64,000 nucleotides of DNA from contig CAWDPO010000040.1 in NCBI GenBank assembly GCA_963804165.1, positions 128,001 to 192,000 on the forward strand, read 5' to 3'. Shown here piece by piece: positions 1-10,100 of this stretch. The position numbers were made by a program, and so were the translations under genes. Under the pieces are notes generated by a model. The model was not told the DNA's origin. It searched no databases and saw only the letters and a list, made by a program, of their open reading frames with translations. The stretch is from an uncultured delta proteobacterium (GTDB taxonomy: Bacteria; Desulfobacterota; Binatia; UBA9968). Position 1 is the first letter of the stretch, and each line of letters opens with the position of its first letter.

Positions 1-161
1 CTAATCGATCGACTTCCGAACTCGTATTCTGCCTCCTCATTGAGTTGATTGAATCGCGTCACTATCTGATCGATGCACGCGTTGGTGGGGTTGTGTGGTC
101 TGCGGGTGTGTCTGTTTCTCCGTCGGCTTGTAAAAACCTTGGCAATGAATTCAATCTGGAC

Positions 162-179
162 TGTCCGATTTACCGCACA
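162..179. promoter_or_regulatory. Candidate activator binding site TGTC-N10-CACA (1 mismatch to TGTC-N10-GACA)
   Basis: tgtccgatttaccgcaca, intergenic, upstream of the sigma54 motif at 549. Confidence 0.3.
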
Positions 180-548
180 GATAAGGGAAAAAGCCCTATA
201 AACTTCCTGGTATCGCGGTGCCAAAAAAATCACTGCATTGACTGTCGCTTCATTTGATCTGCGGCAAGGTATGAATAGCAAAATTCAAAGTTACACCACC
301 CGCCCTTTGCCAATGATATGGCCTTCGACTCCGAGCTCTTGGTTAGATGCGGTCGAATGCTTTCAAAAATACGGCACGAGACCACTCGTCTATTCAAAGA
401 CACAGTCCGTGTTAATCTACAGTTCGTAGAATATTATCTACACAAATGGGAATTGTTGTTAGACCCAAAGAGCCTACATCAAAACGTTATCCGTGTTTTT
501 GTTGCATTAAGGATGGCGTCGCCGACTTAAACATGGTTTTTCGTCGTT

Positions 549-564
549 GGGCATCAAACTTGCT
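549..564 (+). promoter_or_regulatory. Putative sigma54 -24/-12 promoter
   Basis: GGGCAT-CAAAC-TTGCT with GG-N10-GC spacing, upstream of the BON operon. Confidence 0.55.
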
Positions 565-791
565 CTACTCTTTCTTTGACGAGGCAAAGTTAGTTCCCCC
601 CTCTTAGTACTACACAGGTTTTGCTGCCGTCAGCCCCACGACTCGATAACGCACTGACCAGTCGGGCGCTCAGTCATTCGAATAAAATCTAGTCTGATCC
701 CACTTAGGGACAAAGGAGGAGGAATGCCCTAGTCCAAGAACTCTGCAGCTGCGTAAAAACGAGTAATAAAAAATTCTTAAAAGGAGATTGT

Positions 792-1181
792 ATGCGGACA
801 CGTGCTCTCGGTTTAATTCTCGCGGTTCTAATATTGGGTTGTGGCAAGAAAGATGATGTTTCTAAGAAAGATCAGCCCGCTCAAACCGCCGCAGATAATA
901 GCGGTCGCAACGTTAAAGATGCTGACGGAGCGACCAAGACTTCGGGAGATCAGTCGGAGAGCGAAGCTGATCGGACCATTACCCAGAATATTCGCCAGGC
1001 CATTGTCGCCGATGATTCTCTTTCCACTAACGGCAAGAACGTCAAGATTATTACAGTCGACGGCACGGTGACGTTACGGGGACCGGTTAAGAGCGAAAAA
1101 GAGAAAGAGGCTATTGTCGCCAAGGCCCAGCAAGTCGCAGGAGTAAAAAAAGTCGATAACCAATTGGAGATCGCCAGCTAA
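792..1181 (+). CDS. BON (OsmY-like) domain lipoprotein
   Basis: Signal peptide with lipobox LILGC; BON motif VTLRGPVKS...VAGVKKVDNQL; SD aaggag. Confidence 0.9.
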   Translation: MRTRALGLILAVLILGCGKKDDVSKKDQPAQTAADNSGRNVKDADGATKTSGDQSESEADRTITQNIRQAIVADDSLSTNGKNVKIITVDGTVTLRGPVKSEKEKEAIVAKAQQVAGVKKVDNQLEIAS

Positions 1182-1209
1182 AATTCACTAAAATTCAAAG
1201 GAGAATACC

Positions 1210-1749
1210 ATGTCAAAATCAGTTTTTGGTCTAATCGATAATGAAAGCCAAGCCGAAAGCATAGTCAGCGAACTCAAGAGTGCCGGCTTTTCCAATAACG
1301 ATATCTCGGTGCTGTTCCCCGACAAATCTGGGACCAGAGATTTTGCCCACGAACAGCACACCAAGGCCCCGGAAGGCGCCGCGACAGGAGCAGGCACGGG
1401 GGGAGTACTGGGTGGAGCTTTGGGATGGTTGATTGGAATCGGATCTTTGGCCATTCCCGGGGTCGGTCCGTTCATAGCGGCCGGACCGATCATGGCAGCT
1501 CTGGCCGGCGCAGGTGTTGGTGCGGCTGTGGGCGGGTTAAGTGGGGCGCTGGTGGGCTTGGGCATCCCCGAGTATGAGGCTAAACAGTACGAGGGGAAAA
1601 TCAAAGAGGGCAACATATTGATTTCGGTGCACTCGGAAGACAGCGATGAGGTAAAACGCGCCAAAGATATTTTTGAACGTAACGGCGCGCACGACATCTC
1701 TTCGACAGGAGAAGAAGGCGTTCCCAAGCGGGAAGAAAGGCGCGCTTAG
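1210..1749 (+). CDS. General stress protein with glycine-zipper membrane hairpin (YflT/DUF3341-like)
   Basis: GF...DISVL N-terminus, Gly-rich GIGSLAIPGVGPFIAAGP, GIPEYEAKQYE; SD aaggag; paralog at 23814. Confidence 0.85.
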   Translation: MSKSVFGLIDNESQAESIVSELKSAGFSNNDISVLFPDKSGTRDFAHEQHTKAPEGAATGAGTGGVLGGALGWLIGIGSLAIPGVGPFIAAGPIMAALAGAGVGAAVGGLSGALVGLGIPEYEAKQYEGKIKEGNILISVHSEDSDEVKRAKDIFERNGAHDISSTGEEGVPKREERRA

Positions 1750-1795
1750 CTGCGCTTGTTACGGTCCGCGGGATCGAAAATTTTTAGGAGGAATT

Positions 1796-1918
1796 ATGAA
1801 GATTTTATCGCAGCTCGTAAAAAGCGAGACGGGCGCGTTGGGTTGGGGCCTCCTTTGGCTACTAGGGATTCCCATACCTATATTAGTAGTGTTGTTCCTA
1901 ATGCGTGGTTGCACATAA
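1796..1918 (+). CDS. Small membrane protein (40 aa)
   Basis: SD aggagg then ATG; MKILSQ...GWGLLWLLGIPIPILVVLFLMRGCT, one TM helix; fills the operon gap. Confidence 0.7.
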   Translation: MKILSQLVKSETGALGWGLLWLLGIPIPILVVLFLMRGCT

Positions 1919-1992
1919 TCGGAAATTCTCGTGCGCATGACGATTTTAGCAAGAAAAATTAACCGGCTTAACTTTTTCGGGGAGAAAAACAC

Positions 1993-2433
1993 ATGAATGC
2001 TTTAGAGCTTCTTAAAACAGACCATCAGAAAGTTAAAGAACTATTTAAAAAGGCAGAAGGTGCGAACTCGGAACGCCAGAAGCAACTCTTTGAGCAAATC
2101 AAGAAAGAACTAGAAACTCACACGCATATCGAGGAGACGATTTTCTATCCGGCGGTAGGACAAACTGACGAGCTAAAGGACATGGTGCTCGAATCCCTCG
2201 AGGAGCACAAACAGGTAAAGACTCTTCTCCGAGAAATGGAGAATCTTACTTCGGACAGCGAGAAGTTTGAACCCAAACTTAAAGTGTTAATGGAAAACGT
2301 CGAACATCATGCGGAGGAGGAGGAAGAAGGAAAAATGTTTCCTAAGATACGTAAACTCATGAACACCGAGAAACTCGAGCGGTTGGGTGAAGAATTGGAG
2401 GCAGCTAAAGGAAAAGGGAGCCGGGCAGCTTGA
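1993..2433 (+). CDS. Hemerythrin/HHE cation-binding domain protein
   Basis: LLKTDH, HTHIEETIFYP, EEHKQV, HHAEEEE motifs. Confidence 0.9.
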   Translation: MNALELLKTDHQKVKELFKKAEGANSERQKQLFEQIKKELETHTHIEETIFYPAVGQTDELKDMVLESLEEHKQVKTLLREMENLTSDSEKFEPKLKVLMENVEHHAEEEEEGKMFPKIRKLMNTEKLERLGEELEAAKGKGSRAA

Positions 2434-2641
2434 AAAGCACGGAGCGCTGCCAACCGAGTCCAACGCTATTGCACGTCAATTGCCGTGCCAACTAGACGGC
2501 ACGCGCAAACTGTAAGCCGACGGTGCTGGTAACCACCATGGGCAGCGGAGATTCAGCTAATCCGCGTAGCCGAATAGCTGAGGCTTTCCGTCAAGCCGTG
2601 AATACACGCCGATAAAGCATGAAAACCCTAGGAGGTGTTCC

Positions 2642-3454
2642 GTGCAGCTTAAAGAATTTATCAATACCCGTGTCGAAACAATTCAATCCGACGATACTTT
2701 ACAACGAGCCGCCGAAAAGATGAGGGAATTGGACGTCGGATCCCTGCCCGTGTGCGAAGGCGGTCAGCTCGTGGGCATGATCACGGACCGAGACATTACA
2801 ATACGCGCGGTTGCTATAGGAAGCGATCCGGTTAGGGCGATGGTACACGAAGTGATGACGCCGGAGGTTTTGTGTTGCTTTGAAAACGAAGAAGTCGAAG
2901 AAGCCGCTCGGATCATGCAAGAAAATCAAGTGCGGCGAATTCTTGTGCTCAACGAAGCTAAGGAGTTAGTCGGCATCACCTCGCTGGGCGAGCTCGCCAC
3001 GGTGACGGGAGATCGTCTATTGGCCGGCGAGACGCTTGAATCGGTTTCAGAGGCATCCGAATCCCGGACGATCCAAGAAGAAAACGAGCTTGATGATGAG
3101 GAGTCTGACGATGACTCGAATACCGAGGGCGGCGGCGAGCTGCCACGTGAGACGAGAGTGACAGGCTTTCTCCACGATCGCGAGGCCGCCAAGAAAGCTA
3201 TCGAAGAATTAAAAGGCGCCGGCTTTACTGACAGCGCAATTTTCATCGGCATACAGGACGAATCCGAACAGCAAAGTTTTGTCGAGGAGACTCAGGCACA
3301 AGCCATAACGGGGGAGGATATTCCGAGCTTGCCGGAACTCAAATCCGGACAAGTCCTGATTATGGTCGAAGCCGAGGAACGGGCAGCCGACGCTCTGGAT
3401 ATTCTCAGCCGCAACCATGCGGTCACCGGAGGAGTTCGTATCCCGACGGCATGA
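2642..3454 (+). CDS. Tandem CBS domain protein with C-terminal stress-protein-like domain
   Basis: VGSLPV, GMITDRDI, VRRILV CBS motifs; acidic linker; SD aggagg + GTG; paralog at 18371. Confidence 0.88.
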   Translation: MQLKEFINTRVETIQSDDTLQRAAEKMRELDVGSLPVCEGGQLVGMITDRDITIRAVAIGSDPVRAMVHEVMTPEVLCCFENEEVEEAARIMQENQVRRILVLNEAKELVGITSLGELATVTGDRLLAGETLESVSEASESRTIQEENELDDEESDDDSNTEGGGELPRETRVTGFLHDREAAKKAIEELKGAGFTDSAIFIGIQDESEQQSFVEETQAQAITGEDIPSLPELKSGQVLIMVEAEERAADALDILSRNHAVTGGVRIPTA

Positions 3455-3552
3455 TCATCCTATCGACCGGACCGAAGGACTAAGCGTGTGATTCCTTCAT
3501 TATTCACCTGGCTGCCGCTATTCGGGGCTTTGCCGACTGTGCCCATGCTACG

Positions 3553-3705
3553 ATGAAGCGGTTAATCCGTCGCTGCCCTATGTGCAAAGAAGTCATGGGA
3601 ATCCTCATTGGCGAACGGGTGAAAAATGTTCGGCCTATCCGTGGGCTCTGCATGAGATGCGGTTACGGCTTTCGGTGGTCGATTATTCGATCGTGGGCGA
3701 CCTAA
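3553..3705 (+). CDS. Small zinc-ribbon-like protein (50 aa)
   Basis: Manual translation MKRLIRRCPMCKEVMGILIGERVKNVRPIRGLCMRCGYGFRWSIIRSWAT; two CxxC; no clear SD. Confidence 0.5.
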   Translation: MKRLIRRCPMCKEVMGILIGERVKNVRPIRGLCMRCGYGFRWSIIRSWAT

Positions 3706-3850
3706 GACATCGCACTCCACCATGCTATGCGTCACTTGATATCAGCTCCATGTAGCCCAAAGTCTCGCGATAGAACTTCGAAGGAGCCGCGGGGTCAACG
3801 ATCGGGTCCCGGATTTATCCGTGCGCGAAACGGCGCGTAGGAAACCTAGA

Positions 3851-4822
3851 ATGGATAATTTCGCTGACCCGGGCTGCGGCGTTCGCGCCGCGGGAAACTT
3901 CATTACTTTAAGGGCGCTGTGGTTGCTTACGCGGGATGCATTTTTTCAATGGATTGACGATAATCCTTTCCGATTAGCAGCAGCCCTGGCCTACTACACG
4001 CTGTTCTCCATGGCCCCACTTTTGTTGATCGCGGTCGCAGTCGCCGGCGTAGTATTTGGGCGAGAAGCTTCCCAAAACCAGATTATAAGCGCGGTCGGGG
4101 ATCTCGTTGGAGTTGAAAGCGCGCGAGCGATCCAGGCGATCATTGAAAGCGCTGGCCAGAAGCCCGAGTCAGGTTTTTTAGCCTCTGCTATAGGAATGAT
4201 TTTCTTGCTGCTAGGGGCGGGAGGCGTGGTAGAGCAGCTGCAAGACTCGCTTAATATAATCTGGCGTGTCGCGCCCAAAACCGGTCGCGGGATCATGGGT
4301 TTTTTTCGGGATCGCTTGGTCTCCTATTCAATGGTATTGAGCGTGGGCTTTTTGTTACTCGTCTCACTGGTCATCAGCGCAGTCTTAAATGCGGTTTCGG
4401 GAATAATAGGGGGCTTCCTACCGATCGACGTTGCAACGGCGCACGCTTTAGATCTCGTCGTCTCATTTGCGTTCATCACATTCCTCTTCGCAGTAATTTA
4501 CAAATTCGTGCCCGACGTCCAAATCTCATGGAGAGATGTATGGATCGGAGCGGCCACAACCTCATTGCTATTTTCCGTCGGAAAATTTTTAATCGGCTTT
4601 TATCTGGGCCACAGCACGGTCACATCCATCTATGGTGCAGCCGGTTCACTCGTTACGCTTTTGTTGTGGGTCTACTATTCATCTCTGATGTTTTTATTCG
4701 GCGCCGAGTTGACCCAAGTCTATGCGACCCGGTACGGATCGAGAGTCTCTGCGTCAGAAAAGTTCAAAGCCCTAACCTGGTGCGTGAGTCGTAAAAAATG
4801 CTTTCCTTATGTTGCGATATAA
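3851..4822 (+). CDS. YihY/virulence factor BrkB family membrane protein
   Basis: AAALAYYTLFSMAP, YGAAGSL..LLLWVYYS motifs; multiple TM; start uncertain (3821 GTG or 3851 ATG). Confidence 0.9.
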   Translation: MDNFADPGCGVRAAGNFITLRALWLLTRDAFFQWIDDNPFRLAAALAYYTLFSMAPLLLIAVAVAGVVFGREASQNQIISAVGDLVGVESARAIQAIIESAGQKPESGFLASAIGMIFLLLGAGGVVEQLQDSLNIIWRVAPKTGRGIMGFFRDRLVSYSMVLSVGFLLLVSLVISAVLNAVSGIIGGFLPIDVATAHALDLVVSFAFITFLFAVIYKFVPDVQISWRDVWIGAATTSLLFSVGKFLIGFYLGHSTVTSIYGAAGSLVTLLLWVYYSSLMFLFGAELTQVYATRYGSRVSASEKFKALTWCVSRKKCFPYVAI

Positions 4823-4863
4823 GTTGACTCCGCTGCTTCGTGTCTGCGTCTGAACGAGGAGCT

Positions 4864-6780
4864 ATGAAAAATCCACGAACCCATCTCCAGGGCATTGGCG
4901 ATCGCAGCACCGGAACAGTACCGCCTCTGATCGCCTTCGGAAGTTTGGTTTTGATTATCGCGTGTCTCTATTGGGCGCAAACAGTTTTGATCCCGATTGC
5001 TCTCTCGATCATGCTAACCTTTCTGCTGAGCCCGGTCGCCGGCACCTTAGAACGGATAGGTCTAAAACGACTCCCTTCAGTCCTCCTTATCGTCGTTCTC
5101 ACGTTTTCCAGCCTCGCCATGATCGGTTGGGTTGTGAGTATCGAGTTTACAAGCTTGGGCAACGAACTACCCAAATATACGGGTAATATCAGACAAAAAA
5201 TCTCCGACGTGCGCGGTGCGGGTAAGGGAGGCGCCCTGGAGAATGTGCAAAAGGCTATTAATCAGGTTAAGGAAGAGATTCAGAAAAAGCAGGAACCTGC
5301 AGAAAAACTCTCAAAGGATAAAGAAATTCCCCGTCCTGTGGTTGTGGAGGCTAAGGAATCATCCAGGTTTTGGCCCGTTCCTTTGGCCTCCACAGCGATG
5401 TTGGAACCGCTTGCCGCAATCGGCCTCGTGATCGTGCTGGTGATCTTTATGCTGATTCAGCGCGAAGACCTGCGCAACCGTTTGATCCGTCTCGTGGGTT
5501 ACGGTCGTTTGACGGTTACCACTAGGGCCCTGGAAGAAGCCGGTCAACGCATAAGCCACTACTTGCTCATGCAAACGATCATCAATTCCTCGTTCGGGGT
5601 CGCGGTCAGTGTGGCTCTTTATTTGATCGGCGTTCCATATGCCGTGCTTTGGGGCTTTTTCGCAACCGTGCTCCGTTTCATTCCCTATGTCGGACCCTTT
5701 GCGGCTGCAATCATGCCGAGCGCCCTTAGCTTGGCGGTTTTCGAAGGTTGGCTCTGGCCGGTCCTGGTTGTGGGAATTTTTGTCGCTCTGGAGCTTATCT
5801 GTAATATGGTTTTGGAGCCCTTACTCTATGCCGAGAGCGCGGGGGTTTCAGAAGTCGGACTTTTAGTCGCAGTCGCTTTCTGGACATGGCTTTGGGGGCC
5901 GGTTGGACTCGTCCTCGCGACCCCGCTCACGGTCTGTGTGGTCGTGCTTTGCAAATACGTACCCCGGATGGATTTTATCGCAGTGCTGATAAGCGATCAG
6001 CCGGCCATGGAATCAAACATAAGCTATTATCAGAGGCTGTTAGCTATGGACCAGGCCGAAGCAGCGGAAATCGTCGAAGAGCATCTTAAGACTCATCCGC
6101 AGGAACAGCTCTTCGATGAGGTACTGATTCCAGCATTGAGCCACGCCCGGAGGGATCGCGAGCTTGGCCGGCTGACGGAAGATGGCGAACAATTTGTGTT
6201 CCGAGCGACACGGGAGATTATCGAGGACCTGAACAGTTTGAAGCCCCAGAGTTCTTCGGAAGTATCAGACTCTTCACAACCAGGGACGATCGACGAAGAT
6301 GCTTCGGCTATGCTGCCGAAAGTTTCCATCTTGGGATGTTCCGCGCAAGACGAAGCGGACGAATTGGCACTTCTCATGTTTCGGCAGCTACTTGATTCCA
6401 GCAGATATGAAGTTGAAATTATCTCCAACGCGGTGCTCACTTCCGAGGTTGTTGCCCTGATCGGTGAAAAAAGTCCGGCGATGATTTGTATCGCAGCCAT
6501 AATACCCGGCGGACTTGCGCAAGCACGATATCTCTGCAAACGGTTGCGCGCACGTTTCCCCAATCTCAAGATCGTGGTAGGGAGATGGGGCACGGAAAGC
6601 GAGGATAGTAACGGTATCGTGCTCGCGGGTGCTGATAAGGTCGGGACTACCATCGTTGAGACACGCGAGCAGATAATTCAATTGTGCCAAATCAGCGTTC
6701 ATTCAGATGCTCAGTCCGTTACAACTCTCCCTCATTTTTCTCCTGCCAACGACCACCCATCCGCCGGGATTGTCACCTAG
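4864..6780 (+). CDS. AI-2E family transporter with C-terminal cytoplasmic B12-binding-like/Rossmann domain
   Basis: LRFIPYVGP, WLWGPVGLVLATPLT AI-2E motifs; YYQRLLA helical cap and alpha/beta tail; SD gagga before ATG 4864. Confidence 0.85.
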   Translation: MKNPRTHLQGIGDRSTGTVPPLIAFGSLVLIIACLYWAQTVLIPIALSIMLTFLLSPVAGTLERIGLKRLPSVLLIVVLTFSSLAMIGWVVSIEFTSLGNELPKYTGNIRQKISDVRGAGKGGALENVQKAINQVKEEIQKKQEPAEKLSKDKEIPRPVVVEAKESSRFWPVPLASTAMLEPLAAIGLVIVLVIFMLIQREDLRNRLIRLVGYGRLTVTTRALEEAGQRISHYLLMQTIINSSFGVAVSVALYLIGVPYAVLWGFFATVLRFIPYVGPFAAAIMPSALSLAVFEGWLWPVLVVGIFVALELICNMVLEPLLYAESAGVSEVGLLVAVAFWTWLWGPVGLVLATPLTVCVVVLCKYVPRMDFIAVLISDQPAMESNISYYQRLLAMDQAEAAEIVEEHLKTHPQEQLFDEVLIPALSHARRDRELGRLTEDGEQFVFRATREIIEDLNSLKPQSSSEVSDSSQPGTIDEDASAMLPKVSILGCSAQDEADELALLMFRQLLDSSRYEVEIISNAVLTSEVVALIGEKSPAMICIAAIIPGGLAQARYLCKRLRARFPNLKIVVGRWGTESEDSNGIVLAGADKVGTTIVETREQIIQLCQISVHSDAQSVTTLPHFSPANDHPSAGIVT

Positions 6781-7198
6781 TTTTGAATGAGTAGCAAACA
6801 CTTAGGAATTAGATTGCCGTCGTGAGCTGCTGCACGCCGGACGATCGTGCTTTTGCACTCGCTCAGGTAGGACTGAGAAGTGAGCGGATCGGTCACATAG
6901 ACTAGGTTTTCAAAGTCGTCGCATCGGAAACAGTGTAACAAAAGCCTATTCATTGCGGATGCGATTTACGGTGTTAAAATCGCAGATTCGCGGGATTCCA
7001 ACCGGACATTCATCCAGAGAGTCGCAACATTGTCCGCAATTTCGATGTTCACTAAGACAGCGCTCTGGATAACGCGTTTTCCTTTTTGCAAGAATATTCT
7101 GCGTATTTAACGCATCGGAGATGCACTGCTCTGACATGAGGCATCAGGATAAAATATCCTGCGTCGGGTCCTGCCAATAGGAAAACATGTAAGTCGGT

Positions 7199-10100
7199 TT
7201 ACCTTGGAGCATGAGAGTTCTCTGCGCCTAAGACAACGCGTACGCGGTGCGTCGCTCCGTCATCGGCGAGTTGGATATACATGCTGCCGCTGGCCATCCG
7301 CACGCCATCGAATTCGATAGACGACACCCCGCGCATTACCCCGTGTGGATTCTCGACCACGATTTCGTATCGCGACGATTGATAGCGAAAGGTAATCCTA
7401 AAGTTCCGCCATGCACGTTGGATACAAGGGTCGAGATGAAGCCTCGTGCCGCGCAGACGCACACCCAGGATCCACTCGATGCCCGCCCTATACATCCAAC
7501 CCGCTGATCCCGTGTACCAAGTCCAACCGCCGCGTCCGACATGCGACGGTTCTGCATAGATATCACCGGCGACGACGTACGGCTCGACTTTGTAGCGGGA
7601 AACGCCAGCGCGAGTGTTCGAGTGATTGATCGGGTTCAAGAGCGAGAAAAGTTCACCGGCCTTGTCGCCTTCGCCGAGTGCCGCGAAAGCCAGGACAGAC
7701 CAGATCGCCCCATGAGTATAGTGGCCACCGTTTTCGCGGATGCCGGGCGGGTACCCTTTGATATAACCTGGATCCGGACTCGCGTGGTCGAACGGCGGGG
7801 TGAACAAGACCGCGAGCCCCTCTGCGCGGCGAACGAGATGTTTCTCAACGGCTGCCATGGCGCGCGCTCCACGAGCCGGCTCAGCGGCACCGGAAATGAC
7901 CCCCCAGGATTGGGCGATTGAGTCGATGCGACATTCGGCGTTCTCGGTGGACCCGAGCGGCGTCCCATCGTCAAAATAAGCGCGCCGATACCATTCGCCG
8001 TCCCACGCCTCGCGTTCCAGCGATGCTTTGAGTGCACTGACATGCAGTCGCCACTTTTCGGCGCGTGGGTGCTCACCGCGTGCCTGGGCAAGGCGAGCAA
8101 ATTCCCATAGTATGGTGTGAAGAAACCAACCGAGCCAGACGCTCTCGCCACTTCCGGCAGATCCGACCCGGTTCATTCCATCGTTCCAGTCTCCCGTGCC
8201 GATCAGTGGAAGACCGTGGCGGCCGACCGCTAGACTGCGATCGAGGGCACGCGCACAATGCTCGAACAGTGTGCCGGTTTGTGCAGAAACGTGGGGCTCG
8301 AAATAGGAATCTTCCTGTCCCAAAGCGAGAACGGGACCATCGAGAAAAGGAACGATCTCGTCGAGGAGAGCGATCTCGTTTGTGACTTCCAGATATTGGA
8401 TGACTACGTACGGCAACCAGAGCAGATCATCGGAGACCCGCGTGCGCACGCCGCGGCCTGATGGGGGATGCCACCAATGCTGCACATCTCCTTCGACGAA
8501 TTGCCGCGCGGCGGCCCGCACGATTTGGGCCCGTGCAATATCTCGTTGCGCAACCGTCAGCGCGATCACGTCTTGGAGCTGATCGCGAAAACCGTACGCG
8601 CCACCCGCTTGATAAAACGCGGAGCGCGACCAAACCCGACAGGCCAGCGTTTGATAGAGCAGCCAACGATTGAGCATTAGGTTCAACGATCGATCGGGGG
8701 TTGCCACCTGGACCGTGCCAAGAATGTCATCCCAGTGCTTGATAACCGCGCGCAAAGTTTCGTCAAGGTCGACCCCACGGTAGAGCGCGACCAATTTTCG
8801 GGCTTGTTCACTGGTGGCCGCCTCGCCCAGGAAAAAAACAATTTCGGCGCGGCCTCCCGCACTTAGCTCGACCGTGGTTTGCAGAGCAGCGCACGGGTCG
8901 AGGCCAGCGCCGACCCTGCCTGAGAAACGGTCCCCTCGTTCGAGAGATGCCGGATGATCGGAAGTACCATTGCGACCGAAGAACTCCGTCCGATCACCAG
9001 TCCACGCGGTTTGTCGTCCGCTCATATCGGCAAACGCTACGCGACCGGCAAACTCGCTGTTCCAAGCGTTGCGTGCAAACATCGCCCCCGTTTCCTTGTC
9101 GATCTCGGTGATAATAAAGGGAGCAGAGCCGCTCCGGGAAACGCCCAGCACCCACTCGACATAGGCGGTCACACAAAGACGTCTGGATCGGTCTGAGCGA
9201 TTCTCAACGGTTAGGCGGGAGATCTTAATCGGGTCCGAGAGTGACACGAACTGCAAGAGGTCAAGCGCTACTCCGTGTGACGTGTGCTCGAAGCGGCTGT
9301 ATCCCTGGCCATGCCGAGCCGTATACGGCCAAGCCGCCTCACGGATCGGCAGCACTGTCGGGCTCCACAAGTCGCCAGTGTCTTCATCGCGCACGTATAT
9401 CGTCTCGCCGGAAGGGTCGGTGACGGGATCATTCGACCAAGGGGTGAGTTGGTTCTCGCGGCTGTTTAGCGACCAGGTATAACCAGAGCCCGACTCTGAT
9501 ACCTGAAAACCGAAAGAGGGGTTCGCGATAACATTGATCCATGGTGCCGGCGTCCACTGTCCCTCGCCGAGGATCGTCATATATTCTCGTCCGTCGGCAG
9601 TGAATCCGCCCAAGCCATTGAAGAACTCCAGATCCGGCCGTTCAGGCGAGACATCCGAAGATTTAGTCTCCGGCGGCCGCAATGGCGGTGGAATCGCAGG
9701 CGTTGGGGCTCGTTGTTGACGTTCCACTTGTTCAGCCAGGCTGCCGCGGCGGCTCAAGAGCACAGCCCGGGCGGCAGTCTGGAGCAATGTGCGATCCTCA
9801 GCCGAAATAAGATCTCCTCTGAGAATAAACACGCTGCCGAAGGAGTCTTGTCCCTCTTGCTGGAGGCGCGACTGGCTGGCTCTCACCTGGCTCTCCAAAG
9901 CCTCTTGGAGGTTTTGGGCGTAAGAAGAAGCCTGCTCGTTCAAGATCACGAGATCCACCGCCAATTGCTTCATTCGCCAGTATTCGTGGGCGCGAAGCAA
10001 CTGGCGCACGATATTCTGGTCTTCAGCATCATCGATGCGAATAAGCACGATTGGCAGATCGCCGGAAATCCCGTGTCGCCACAGTCCCGGAGGGCCTTGG

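Noticed and set aside
1-45. Minus-strand SD gaggagg followed by ACG (a possible third odd start)
   Set aside because: Runs off the window edge, so there is no homology to support it.
1188-1727. 179-aa Pro/Ala-rich minus ORF (and its twin at 23960)
   Set aside because: Mirror frame of Gly-rich genes.
2475-2490. Minus-strand TGGCAC-GGCAA-TTGAC
   Set aside because: Lacks the -12 GC and points antisense to neighbouring genes.
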